DNA of 64,000 nt from a virus. Below, one piece after another: positions 45,276 to 52,755 of this stretch (position 1 is its first letter; every line of letters begins with the position of its first letter). The position numbers and the translations under genes are program-made. The notes below the pieces were generated by a model, which was not told where the DNA came from, made no database searches, and was given only the letters and a program-made list of their open reading frames with translations. The stretch lies in IMG/VR virus record IMGVR_UViG_3300025147_000004; one strand, given 5' to 3'.

Positions 45276-45409
45276 AGCTTCTCAGTTATTTCTCCACCAC
45301 ATTTTTGGCACACATAATCCTCCGACATAAACCCAATCGCTCTCACCACTTTCGCTTCTCCTTGCGTTCCAGCCCAATCACAATCAACACATTCGTAAGT
45401 TTGTTCCAT
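45272..45409 (-). CDS. unannotated 45-aa Zn-ribbon ORF
   Basis: Hand translation gives MEQTYECVDCDWAGTQGEAKVVRAIGFMSEDYVCQKCGGEITEKL, with two CxxC pairs. It has coupled junctions on both sides (TAATG and ATGA). Confidence 0.4.
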   Translation of the reverse strand: MEQTYECVDCDWAGTQGEAKVVRAIGFMSEDYVCQKCGGEITEKL

Positions 45410-45750
45410 TATATATTATTTTCAATTAAACTTAAATCAATATAAAAATCTGCAAATATATGGATGGTATAGACGACCCTTCCATGAGGTTTATCCGTAC
45501 ACTTTTCTTTTTTGAAATGATGTGCATCTTCCGGTATGGTTAGGCATTCTTCCAGCCTATCAACCATTGCTTCGGCTGTACTTGCGTTTTCAGTCCATCT
45601 CATTGCCATTATGTCCATGTCGCTCGCTAAACTTCCATGCAGTCCAAGTGCCCATCCACAATCCAATGCAGCCTGACGGAAATCATTCCACATACAGGCA
45701 TAAAATACTGCCCTTCCGTTTGTTATTACGTGTTCTCTACTTTTTGCCAT
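45409..45750 (-). CDS. hypothetical protein (possible minimal nucleotidyltransferase fold)
   Basis: 113 aa. LHGSLASDMDIM loosely matches the GS...DxD pattern, but the spacing is shorter than canonical. Confidence 0.25.
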   Translation of the reverse strand: MAKSREHVITNGRAVFYACMWNDFRQAALDCGWALGLHGSLASDMDIMAMRWTENASTAEAMVDRLEECLTIPEDAHHFKKEKCTDKPHGRVVYTIHIFADFYIDLSLIENNI

Positions 45751-46133
45751 TATTCTACTCCCCTCCTAGCTTTATCAATACAATCAGCTACCCATCCCAC
45801 TAAATAAGCATCGGCCTCCATTCCGGTACTATACTCTCCGAGATGACCCCAGATCATCCGAGTGGCGTGGGTCGCTTCGTGCGCAATAGTTTCAATTACG
45901 CAATACTTGCGAAGTTTAAAAACTACAATTACCCCAATCTTACGATCCTCTTTTTGGGAGACTAATTGCGTAAATGCCCGCATCTTTCCGGTTTCATCAG
46001 CGCCCATAGCGTCTCCAGAAGGGAATTCAAGAAATCTTTCACCTATCGCAGATAAATCACTCGTGATAGATACCCACAATTTTACTGGGTATATTTGCGG
46101 ATCAAATTGGTGGATTACTGTTTTCCTTTTCAT
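45750..46133 (-). CDS. small HExxH metallopeptidase-like protein
   Basis: 127 aa with IAHEATHA, an HExxH motif. Confidence 0.4.
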   Translation of the reverse strand: MKRKTVIHQFDPQIYPVKLWVSITSDLSAIGERFLEFPSGDAMGADETGKMRAFTQLVSQKEDRKIGVIVVFKLRKYCVIETIAHEATHATRMIWGHLGEYSTGMEADAYLVGWVADCIDKARRGVE

Positions 46134-46390
46134 TTAGCAGAAGATGAATATGGACTATTAACCAAAACTATATCGTCATCCTCATCATACGACCAGCATT
46201 TAGGACAATAGTGCATTCCTTTCGATTTTATCCATTCCGATTCTAATGCCTTTTCTTCCGCAACTGCTTCGTCGTTCCAGCATGATCCATCATCGCAGTC
46301 GCATCCGGCATCTTCGCCACAATTATCACAAACTACCGTGAACATTTCTACTTTTTGTATCATTTTTTTATTTATTAGTTCTATAACCAC
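46130..46390 (-). CDS. Zn-ribbon mini-protein
   Basis: 86 aa with CDNCGED...CPKC. Confidence 0.45.
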   Translation of the reverse strand: MVIELINKKMIQKVEMFTVVCDNCGEDAGCDCDDGSCWNDEAVAEEKALESEWIKSKGMHYCPKCWSYDEDDDIVLVNSPYSSSAK

Positions 46391-46743
46391 CCCTTTTTAT
46401 CATCATGTATATTCCCCACCACAGTCAACTTACTCCCATCCAGATTTCTCCAATACACGCCACTTTCCAGTCCTCGCGCCATGAATGCAGCCTTCTTAAA
46501 TATGATCACCCACTTATCTCCGAGCGCATCTACGCAAACATCGTCCTCAAATATGCGACGTCCAGCGACGTCAAACTCGGATGAGAATTCGCCGAGGGTT
46601 AGGGGACTTACTTGTTCTGCATCCCAATCCTCTCCTTTAAGTTCAAACGTAATCGCACAACTCCCATCAGATGCGGTTATGGCCGATCCTTCCACCCATT
46701 CCCCTGTGTCGAGGCGTTGACCTCTATAAATATGCTCTCTCAT
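46381..46743 (-). CDS. YopX-family protein
   Basis: YRGQRLDTGEWVEGS near the N-terminus and VVGNIHDD near the C-terminus are typical YopX features. Confidence 0.55.
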   Translation of the reverse strand: MREHIYRGQRLDTGEWVEGSAITASDGSCAITFELKGEDWDAEQVSPLTLGEFSSEFDVAGRRIFEDDVCVDALGDKWVIIFKKAAFMARGLESGVYWRNLDGSKLTVVGNIHDDKKGWL

Positions 46744-46958
46744 TTCTCTATCTCCTTATATTCGTTACAATATCTAAAATATCCCATATCCTTCCAGCCA
46801 TTTCTCCAGTCTGTCGGGATTCGGAACATCACTCTCTTTCCGAGTTGGCATTTGGCTCTTACTTTTATGAAGCCCCTTTCTGATAAAATTGGCTCAATAA
46901 AGTTCTGGCACAGATCGCATTCTTGGCGGGGTGGTTTCTTGGCAGCAGTAGTCGTCAT
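46740..46958 (-). CDS. hypothetical Cys-containing mini-protein
   Basis: 72-aa ORF. Confidence 0.4.
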   Translation of the reverse strand: MTTTAAKKPPRQECDLCQNFIEPILSERGFIKVRAKCQLGKRVMFRIPTDWRNGWKDMGYFRYCNEYKEIEK

Positions 46959-47410
46959 CTCACTTTCTTTATTATTTTAGTTATTTTTATCATTTCCATT
47001 TTATCCCCACCCTTCAGTACCGCTTCGGCTCGCGTGATTCGGTCGCGGAGTTTGCCTGACGCCACAGTCTGCTCACCTTCGACTTCTTCATATGCTATAA
47101 TTTCCCAGATTCTTCTTATTTGTACCATTAGGGCTTGGCTCACTTTCGCAATTGGCATCCCCTCTTCTGTCTCTCCTCTCTTAGTTGTCAGATTCGACCT
47201 ACGGCAATCAAGTTTATCTCCGTTTTTGCAAAATATTCGCACTTTCGGATCTTTCTTACACAGGACGTATTGGGGCAGAGTCCACCTGTGCCCGTCGATC
47301 AGCGCATTTGGGAATTTATCCATTCCCCATTTGTGCTGCGATGCTCGGAAATAGTCGCGGTCGTCAAGGATGGCGCAGGTTCCGTTGTTTAATTCGAGGA
47401 GCTGGCTCAT
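46955..47410 (-). CDS. HNH-endonuclease-like protein with degenerate active site, no AP2 domain
   Basis: LELNNGTCAILDDRDYFRASQHKW aligns with the N-termini of copies A-C. IFCKNGDKLDCRRSNL aligns with IDHRDGNGCNNQRLNM, but the His is replaced. The start is at MSQLLEL. Confidence 0.4.
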   Translation of the reverse strand: MSQLLELNNGTCAILDDRDYFRASQHKWGMDKFPNALIDGHRWTLPQYVLCKKDPKVRIFCKNGDKLDCRRSNLTTKRGETEEGMPIAKVSQALMVQIRRIWEIIAYEEVEGEQTVASGKLRDRITRAEAVLKGGDKMEMIKITKIIKKVR

Positions 47411-47411
47411 A

Positions 47412-48116
47412 TTAGTATCGTATATTTTTATCAAGACCCAATTTATCAAACATGGCAAGCGTTTCTGGCATACCTGCACCCACGCCTTTACCAAAAAAGA
47501 ATAAATCTTCCATTATTGACCAGTTTGCCATTCCTGTGCGATATTTCATGTCGTTTTTACTGCACCAAGCAATCATAGCACTCCTGATCAAAGACGTCGA
47601 AATAACTATGTCATGGTCTTCATAAACCCTATCCGCCGCAGTAGGCTCTATTTCGTAGTTTTCTGCCGGAAAATTGGTTTTTGCGTCCCTGCCTTTAAAT
47701 TTCAGAGCCATTCTATCATACTCTTTAGCGGCTCCAATCTCGGAATCCCAATAACTAAGATTTCTTTTCCCATTTATCCCAATACATGATGTCCATTTAC
47801 CATCCGTTCCAAATTTCGACACACCTCTATATTGGCTCGATTTTGCTTTTATTTTTTTTTCATCATCCACCACAACCTCTACTTTGCTTATGCGCTTCTT
47901 TGGGGCTTTTTTGCTATCCTGCTTCACTGGTTCAGGTACGATATCCTCTTTCGGCACATGTGCCACCATTTCTACGGATAATGCATGCTTGTCAGCCTCC
48001 GCGATTCTATCCTGCATAGACATTCCGGCTCCTTTCGCCATCTTTGCCTCCTGTTCTGCTATTTGCCTCTGCCTTTTCTCTGCCATCCAGTCCGAAATCT
48101 TACTATTGTCGTCCAT
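47412..48116 (-). CDS. AP2-domain DNA-binding protein (no HNH domain)
   Basis: SSQYRGVSKFGTDGKWTSCIGINGKRNLSYWDSEIGAAKEYDRMALKFKG is an AP2 domain. The start was set to MDDNSK, downstream of the leader. Confidence 0.6.
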   Translation of the reverse strand: MDDNSKISDWMAEKRQRQIAEQEAKMAKGAGMSMQDRIAEADKHALSVEMVAHVPKEDIVPEPVKQDSKKAPKKRISKVEVVVDDEKKIKAKSSQYRGVSKFGTDGKWTSCIGINGKRNLSYWDSEIGAAKEYDRMALKFKGRDAKTNFPAENYEIEPTAADRVYEDHDIVISTSLIRSAMIAWCSKNDMKYRTGMANWSIMEDLFFFGKGVGAGMPETLAMFDKLGLDKNIRY

Positions 48117-48222
48117 TGTAATATTTTTAAAATAGAAAAACCTCCAAGGGAGCAAGTAGAGAATTGCCACACCTCAAAGGTTTCTGTAAAATAAGTTTCG
48201 TGGGTCTCTACTCCCGAAAGCA
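48117..48222 (-). promoter_or_regulatory. structured 106-nt leader of the AP2-only gene
   Basis: S1 pairs 48206-48215 with 48148-48161 (5+5 bp with a 4-nt bulge). S2 pairs 48178-48183 with 48138-48143 (AAACCT/AGGTTT, extendable), followed by TTTTCTATTTT. Confidence 0.4.
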
Positions 48223-48230
48223 CAAAGATA
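48223..48230 (-). promoter_or_regulatory. -7 box TATCTTTG of the leftward early operon
   Basis: The plus strand reads caaagata at 48223-48230. Confidence 0.45.
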
Positions 48231-48839
48231 ACATTAATTTTCGAATAAACAATAGTAAATCACAAATAAATAAAACAATCTACATAAATCTACATATTTA
48301 AGTTTTACTATAAATATTGTTATCATACGCTAATATGTAGAAAAACTACATATTTTAACTTTATGTATTGCATATTTTTGCAAGAAAAACTACATTTTAT
48401 GTATCTTGTGCATAAAAATTACTCTGCGATCAAAATTTTCATCTATACATTAAAAAATCACATGGAAGGCAAAAGGTGTTTATTGCGTTGTTGGGTTGAA
48501 TTTTAAGTACTATTCTTAATATTATGTTTATGTCGTTCAATGAATGTAGTGAAGGCACTTTTATAAAGTGTTTCAGTATTATGTATGTTCAACTTACATA
48601 TATGTAGTATATGTATTATACACATACATATTATATATAGGTTACATATATATCCCTTACAGTAACATCAGTTACATTATTTAACTCTAATATATTGATT
48701 GTCAGCAAAAAAAATGCAATGTAGTTATATATTTCACATACTTCGATCCTTCATCAGCTTCATTAAGCCCGATCCAAGGCATAATCCACAAATCACGAAC
48801 ACCAGAATTGAGTAGGGTTAGTAATATTGGTACAACCCT

Positions 48840-48876
48840 ACCAGTACCGACCAGTAGCCACCAGTACCTACCAGTT
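48840..48876 (+). repeat. four ACCAGTA-type iterons with exact 10-bp phasing
   Basis: The copies read ACCAGTACCG, ACCAGTAGCC, ACCAGTACCT and ACCAGTTGAA. A related ACCAGAA lies at 48801. Confidence 0.8.
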
Positions 48877-49125
48877 GAAAATCAGAAAAATAAAAAAATT
48901 CAGAAAATTTCAAAATAATAAAAAATGTCTCGGAATCGGAAGGCGCGCGTCCTCAAAATTTTTAAAGGGGGGTGTACCCAGTGGCCTGTGTCCCGTCACA
49001 TACCTACATAATATTACATTTATTAGTTGTTATTAGCACATATACGTGTTATATGTATAGCTTAAACCATTTGATTGATAATCAGATAGCTGTAAATTTT
49101 AAGTGAGTATAATGTATTATGTATG

Positions 49126-49602
49126 TTAAAATTTCAGCTTAAACTCACACGTTTCGCATCTCTGGGGGAGATAATAACGTATCGTTTCGTTATCCTGTTT
49201 AGGCTGTTCTTTATTGAATCCTTGTAGCGTTGAAAGTTTAATAAGTAGGTCACTTTTGAGCTTAACATCTGTACTTGTACGTATAATTGCGGTGAGTTGG
49301 TCTATTATGGCCGATTTACTTAAAATCTCATTCTCATTATGTTCAATATTTTGATTTTCTGAATCAATTACAATCCTCTTGTTTTTTATTAAATAAGCTT
49401 TTACTGACTTGTTGTTAATCCAATTAGTAGCCCTTTGTTGTAGTAAGCTTTGATCAATATCCTTTGTTATTCCCTTACATGCTTTATATGCTTCGATTCT
49501 GTTTGCACTGTTAAATAGATATGCATCTAAGCAAATTAGCTCTAAACTTGAAAGGTTTAAAATTAAATTATCTTGCTCCTGTAACTCTTCGCCTGTTTGC
49601 AT
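49126..49602 (-). CDS. HTH protein resembling a small terminase subunit (Terminase_2-like)
   Basis: LSSLELICLDAYLFNSANRIEAYKACKGI...ATNWINNKSVKAYL follows the L..Q..F...Y.....N...A...AGY pattern only loosely. The start is at MQTGEEL, 21 nt after a -7 box. Confidence 0.3.
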   Translation of the reverse strand: MQTGEELQEQDNLILNLSSLELICLDAYLFNSANRIEAYKACKGITKDIDQSLLQQRATNWINNKSVKAYLIKNKRIVIDSENQNIEHNENEILSKSAIIDQLTAIIRTSTDVKLKSDLLIKLSTLQGFNKEQPKQDNETIRYYLPQRCETCEFKLKF

Positions 49603-49623
49603 ATCGTTAATTGTAAAGAAAGG

Positions 49624-49631
49624 CAAAGATA
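49624..49631 (-). promoter_or_regulatory. -7 box TATCTTTG
   Basis: The plus strand reads caaagata, 21 nt upstream of the ATG at 49602. Confidence 0.45.
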
Positions 49632-50013
49632 AGAAAAGAAACGGGAAAAGCAATACTAACCTAACTAAACCAAAAACCTTCTTCGCGACGTGAGTCGCAT
49701 TGCATGTAATTACTCAGGCATTCGTGAATTGATTATATATACAGTAATACACATATGTATATATCTATATAAGCGTGCATATGTGTGATTGTATTAACTA
49801 CACTAAATCAATGTAGATTAATTATGTAAGTACCTGATTATCAGCGACTAAAACGATCTCCGCCGAAATGTACTAACTATCTACTCACCGGAAGAGTGTC
49901 TATAATAGGCTTATATGGGCATTAATGGGTATATGTGTAATGTACTGATGTATAAGTAATTAATAGTAATGATATAAGTGATTAAAGTAAACATAAGTGA
50001 AAAGTTCTTATTT

Positions 50014-50070
50014 CTTTTAACATTCTTTAACTAAATTAATTAGGTACGTTATAGGCATTTATTATCTTTG
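50014..50070 (+). promoter_or_regulatory. rightward early promoter, copy 1 of a paralogous pair
   Basis: The 28-nt block CTTTTAACATTCTTTAACTAAATTAATT is followed by TATCTTTG at 50063-50070. Confidence 0.5.
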
Positions 50071-50105
50071 TGTATCCTAAAGTATGGGATTTAAAACAAA
50101 TAAAG

Positions 50106-50297
50106 ATGAGAGCAACTTACAAAACAGTCGGAGAAGTAGTAATAAGCATGAAGGATATTAGGAACATGTATAAATTAACCGCGTTAATTGACGGCATTTA
50201 CAAGGTTAGGTTAATTGCAATGACTCCCAATAGTCTCGAATTGTTACCTGCTGAAGTATCCGCACACTTTGAAAAGTTAAATATATCCTTAAATTAA
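50106..50297 (+). CDS. hypothetical early protein
   Basis: The start was moved to MRATYK, downstream of the -7 box. 63 aa. Confidence 0.4.
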   Translation: MRATYKTVGEVVISMKDIRNMYKLTALIDGIYKVRLIAMTPNSLELLPAEVSAHFEKLNISLN

Positions 50298-50412
50298 ATT
50301 GCAGTGAAAAAACTAATTCACATATTGACTCCCAAAAAATTGACCTTCGCAGAAAAAAGGGAAAAGGTAAGGGAAAAGAAAGTAAAGAATTACACGTTTT
50401 AATAAAAAAGTT

Positions 50413-50625
50413 ATGCAAAAGTTGGAAATAAAAGGCGTAAAGGTAGGCCAAAGGTTTATGTATGATAATCACAATATGGCTGAGGTGGTTGATTTTTACG
50501 AACAGAAAAGTATGGTAACGGGTGAAATTATTGGTTACATATGTATAGCTAAAGGCGTAAATACTTTATCTACAAATTTATTTGAAACATCATTTTCGAG
50601 AGTAATAAGATTTAAGAGAAGCTAA
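50413..50625 (+). CDS. hypothetical early protein
   Basis: 70-aa ORF. Confidence 0.45.
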   Translation: MQKLEIKGVKVGQRFMYDNHNMAEVVDFYEQKSMVTGEIIGYICIAKGVNTLSTNLFETSFSRVIRFKRS

Positions 50626-50637
50626 AAATAATTTATC

Positions 50638-50695
50638 CTTTTAACGTTTTTTAACTAAATTAATTTGCAGGACCCGATTAGAATACCGATCTTTG
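50638..50695 (+). promoter_or_regulatory. rightward early promoter, copy 2 of the paralogous pair
   Basis: CTTTTAACGTTTTTTAACTAAATTAATT is 26/28 identical to the block at 50014. A TTTG lies at 50664-50667 and GATCTTTG at 50688-50695. Confidence 0.45.
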
Positions 50696-50758
50696 TAATG
50701 CCCCGCAGGGTTAGGGCCAAAAGGTAAAAAGTTTAACATAACATTAAAAACATAAAAC

Positions 50759-50908
50759 ATGAAGACTTTACAGACAATTATCGAAAACATTGACAACGCA
50801 AACTTTGGAGTTAATGAATATGTATTTTGTGCCGTAGTACTGGCAGTAATTATCGGAAGTTGTTTTTTACTGCCTGACGCAAACAAAGTGAAGAAATCAA
50901 ATAAGTAA
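50759..50908 (+). CDS. unannotated 49-aa membrane mini-protein
   Basis: Hand translation gives MKTLQTIIENIDNANFGVNEYVFCAVVLAVIIGSCFLLPDANKVKKSNK. It replaces the antisense ORF 50641..50886. Confidence 0.4.
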   Translation: MKTLQTIIENIDNANFGVNEYVFCAVVLAVIIGSCFLLPDANKVKKSNK

Positions 50909-50951
50909 TTATTCCAGCAATAAGTAATTAACCAATATAAAAAGAAACGCT

Positions 50952-51191
50952 ATGAATATCTTAACACATTGTATTTCTGACCACGTTGAGGATGAAAGAT
51001 TCTTATTTGATGGTACGCCGGAAGAATTTGAATATATCAGGGCTGAAATAATTTCAGAACACTACGCAACTATTGAGAGCGAAGTTAAGACGGGGTCAAT
51101 AATATCCAAATATATTTATGACGATCTTAAAAATTATGGAATGCTTCAATGGCATTTCAATAAACACTATCCAAACAAAGTAACAAAGTAA
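50952..51191 (+). CDS. hypothetical early protein
   Basis: 79-aa ORF. Confidence 0.45.
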   Translation: MNILTHCISDHVEDERFLFDGTPEEFEYIRAEIISEHYATIESEVKTGSIISKYIYDDLKNYGMLQWHFNKHYPNKVTK

Positions 51192-51216
51192 TCACACAAC
51201 ACTAAAAATAAAAGAG

Positions 51217-51417
51217 ATGGGAAAGTTTACATTGCATAATGAAATTGGGGAGTATATGTCATATTGTACGAAATCGCTGGATAAGGCGAAGGCGGAATGT
51301 GATAAGGCTAAATATTATTGCTATGTTTCTGAATCTTATTTTGCGCCGTCTCCATTTGACAATAATAAAATAACAGAACACGGGAAAATTGTCTATAGTA
51401 ACTATACACAAAGATGA
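51217..51417 (+). CDS. hypothetical early protein
   Basis: 66-aa ORF. Confidence 0.45.
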   Translation: MGKFTLHNEIGEYMSYCTKSLDKAKAECDKAKYYCYVSESYFAPSPFDNNKITEHGKIVYSNYTQR

Positions 51418-51502
51418 AAAACAGGCCAGTAATCGCCTTAATAATAGTAATTTTACTATCAATAGGAGTACAAATATTAATAAACCTTTAATAAATAAAG
51501 CC

Positions 51503-51781
51503 ATGAGAAATATAACAGCTACTGGGAAAGTTTACGGCGAAGAAATAGCCGTTAAGCAAATAAACAAAACAATTGCGCGCAAATTGTATGAATCCGGCAA
51601 AACTATTTACCTGCAAACATCAAATTTTTATCCTTTTGGAGTATGGCAAAATTTGATGAATGTTTGTAAATCTGATCAGGTGGATTCAAATTTTGATTAT
51701 TTATGTGATTCATTCCGTTGGTATAATTGTGATAACGAACGCGGGAAATATATACATTTTTACTGTGACGTAAATAATTAA
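51503..51781 (+). CDS. hypothetical early protein
   Basis: The start was moved to MRNITA to remove the overlap with the upstream gene. Confidence 0.4.
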   Translation: MRNITATGKVYGEEIAVKQINKTIARKLYESGKTIYLQTSNFYPFGVWQNLMNVCKSDQVDSNFDYLCDSFRWYNCDNERGKYIHFYCDVNN

Positions 51782-51815
51782 TTTAATCGCCTTAATAGGC
51801 ACAAAACTAAAAGAG

Positions 51816-52004
51816 ATGAAAACAGTATACTTAAACATGAAAAGTAGTTACGGGACTGAAACAGTCGATCAAATTTGTCGGGAAGACTTCGCCACGGCTA
51901 AAGAGTACAGAACAGAGCTTAGGAGTATGTTATCAAATTATCACTTAGCCGGAATGAATGTTTATACTTCGAGACGTTGTACGAAGGAATGGAAAAATAG
52001 TTAA
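51816..52004 (+). CDS. hypothetical early protein
   Basis: 62-aa ORF. Confidence 0.45.
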   Translation: MKTVYLNMKSSYGTETVDQICREDFATAKEYRTELRSMLSNYHLAGMNVYTSRRCTKEWKNS

Positions 52005-52047
52005 TTATTAATAAACAGTATTTATAAACAACAATAAAAACAGTATT

Positions 52048-52341
52048 ATGAAAACTTTAAATGTTCCAAATTACAGAGTTATCAAAGCTACATTTGTAGG
52101 TGCAACAAATAACAGAGGGTCGCGCGTTAAATTATACGAAACAGCGCGATATAATGACCAAAAAACAGAATCAAAAATATTCAGCTACGATTATGAATAC
52201 GACAATGTATTGGATCAGGCCATTGCCATATTAGAAAGAAACGACATGAAGGTAGTTTGCAGAGGGTCAGAAAACGATTGTTATTATATTTTATGTGACA
52301 ATTGGGGTCCTGAATTTAAGAGCGTTAAAGACTTAAAATAA
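52048..52341 (+). CDS. hypothetical early protein
   Basis: 97-aa ORF. Confidence 0.45.
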   Translation: MKTLNVPNYRVIKATFVGATNNRGSRVKLYETARYNDQKTESKIFSYDYEYDNVLDQAIAILERNDMKVVCRGSENDCYYILCDNWGPEFKSVKDLK

Positions 52342-52736
52342 TGACCACAATAGAATACCAAACATATTTACATGAATTAACCGGATTAAAAATATCAGTT
52401 AAAAAGTGTACCGGATCAGAAAAAGGATATTTTAAATTTTGGCCCCAATATCAAAATGGTGAATATCCCAACTTTGAACACGAATTAATACAGTCACTAA
52501 GATCAAACGATACAAGCGAAGAACCAAACAGAAACGGATTTTCAATATCTGAAATACTTATCTTTGGTTTGGTCGAATCCGATTGTGTAAAATTTAAAAG
52601 AGAATATAAGCCAAAAGAAATATCTGAAATGAGCGTTAAAAGTTGGGGATCAAAAAATTCTCAAATGAGATTGGACAAACGAAGTGAAAGAAACGCAAAG
52701 AGAATGAACAAAGGAAATACAGCACGATATTATTAA
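52341..52736 (+). CDS. hypothetical early protein
   Basis: 131 aa with a TAATG junction to the upstream gene. Confidence 0.45.
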   Translation: MTTIEYQTYLHELTGLKISVKKCTGSEKGYFKFWPQYQNGEYPNFEHELIQSLRSNDTSEEPNRNGFSISEILIFGLVESDCVKFKREYKPKEISEMSVKSWGSKNSQMRLDKRSERNAKRMNKGNTARYY

Positions 52737-52755
52737 TTAACAGTAAAAAACAACC

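Larger units (their letters stand above)
48231..50062. other. repeat-rich divergent control region (candidate origin/pac/operator region)
   Basis: These 1.8 kb contain only one plausible gene. CTACAT/ATGTAG-type motifs are dense, with direct and inverted repeats, 10-bp phased iterons and A-rich tracts. Confidence 0.45.

Noticed and set aside
48827-49036. The 69-aa ORF covering the ACCAGTA iterons might be a gene.
   Set aside because: Its sequence is dictated by the 10-bp repeat (PYQYRPVATSTYQ) and the A-rich tract (KIRKIKKFRKFQNNKK). It has no promoter box or coupled context. I treat it as non-coding.
50641-50886. Minus-strand 81-aa ORF.
   Set aside because: It is antisense to a rightward operon, it overlaps the promoter at 50638-50695, and a better plus-strand 49-aa membrane ORF (50759..50908) occupies the region.
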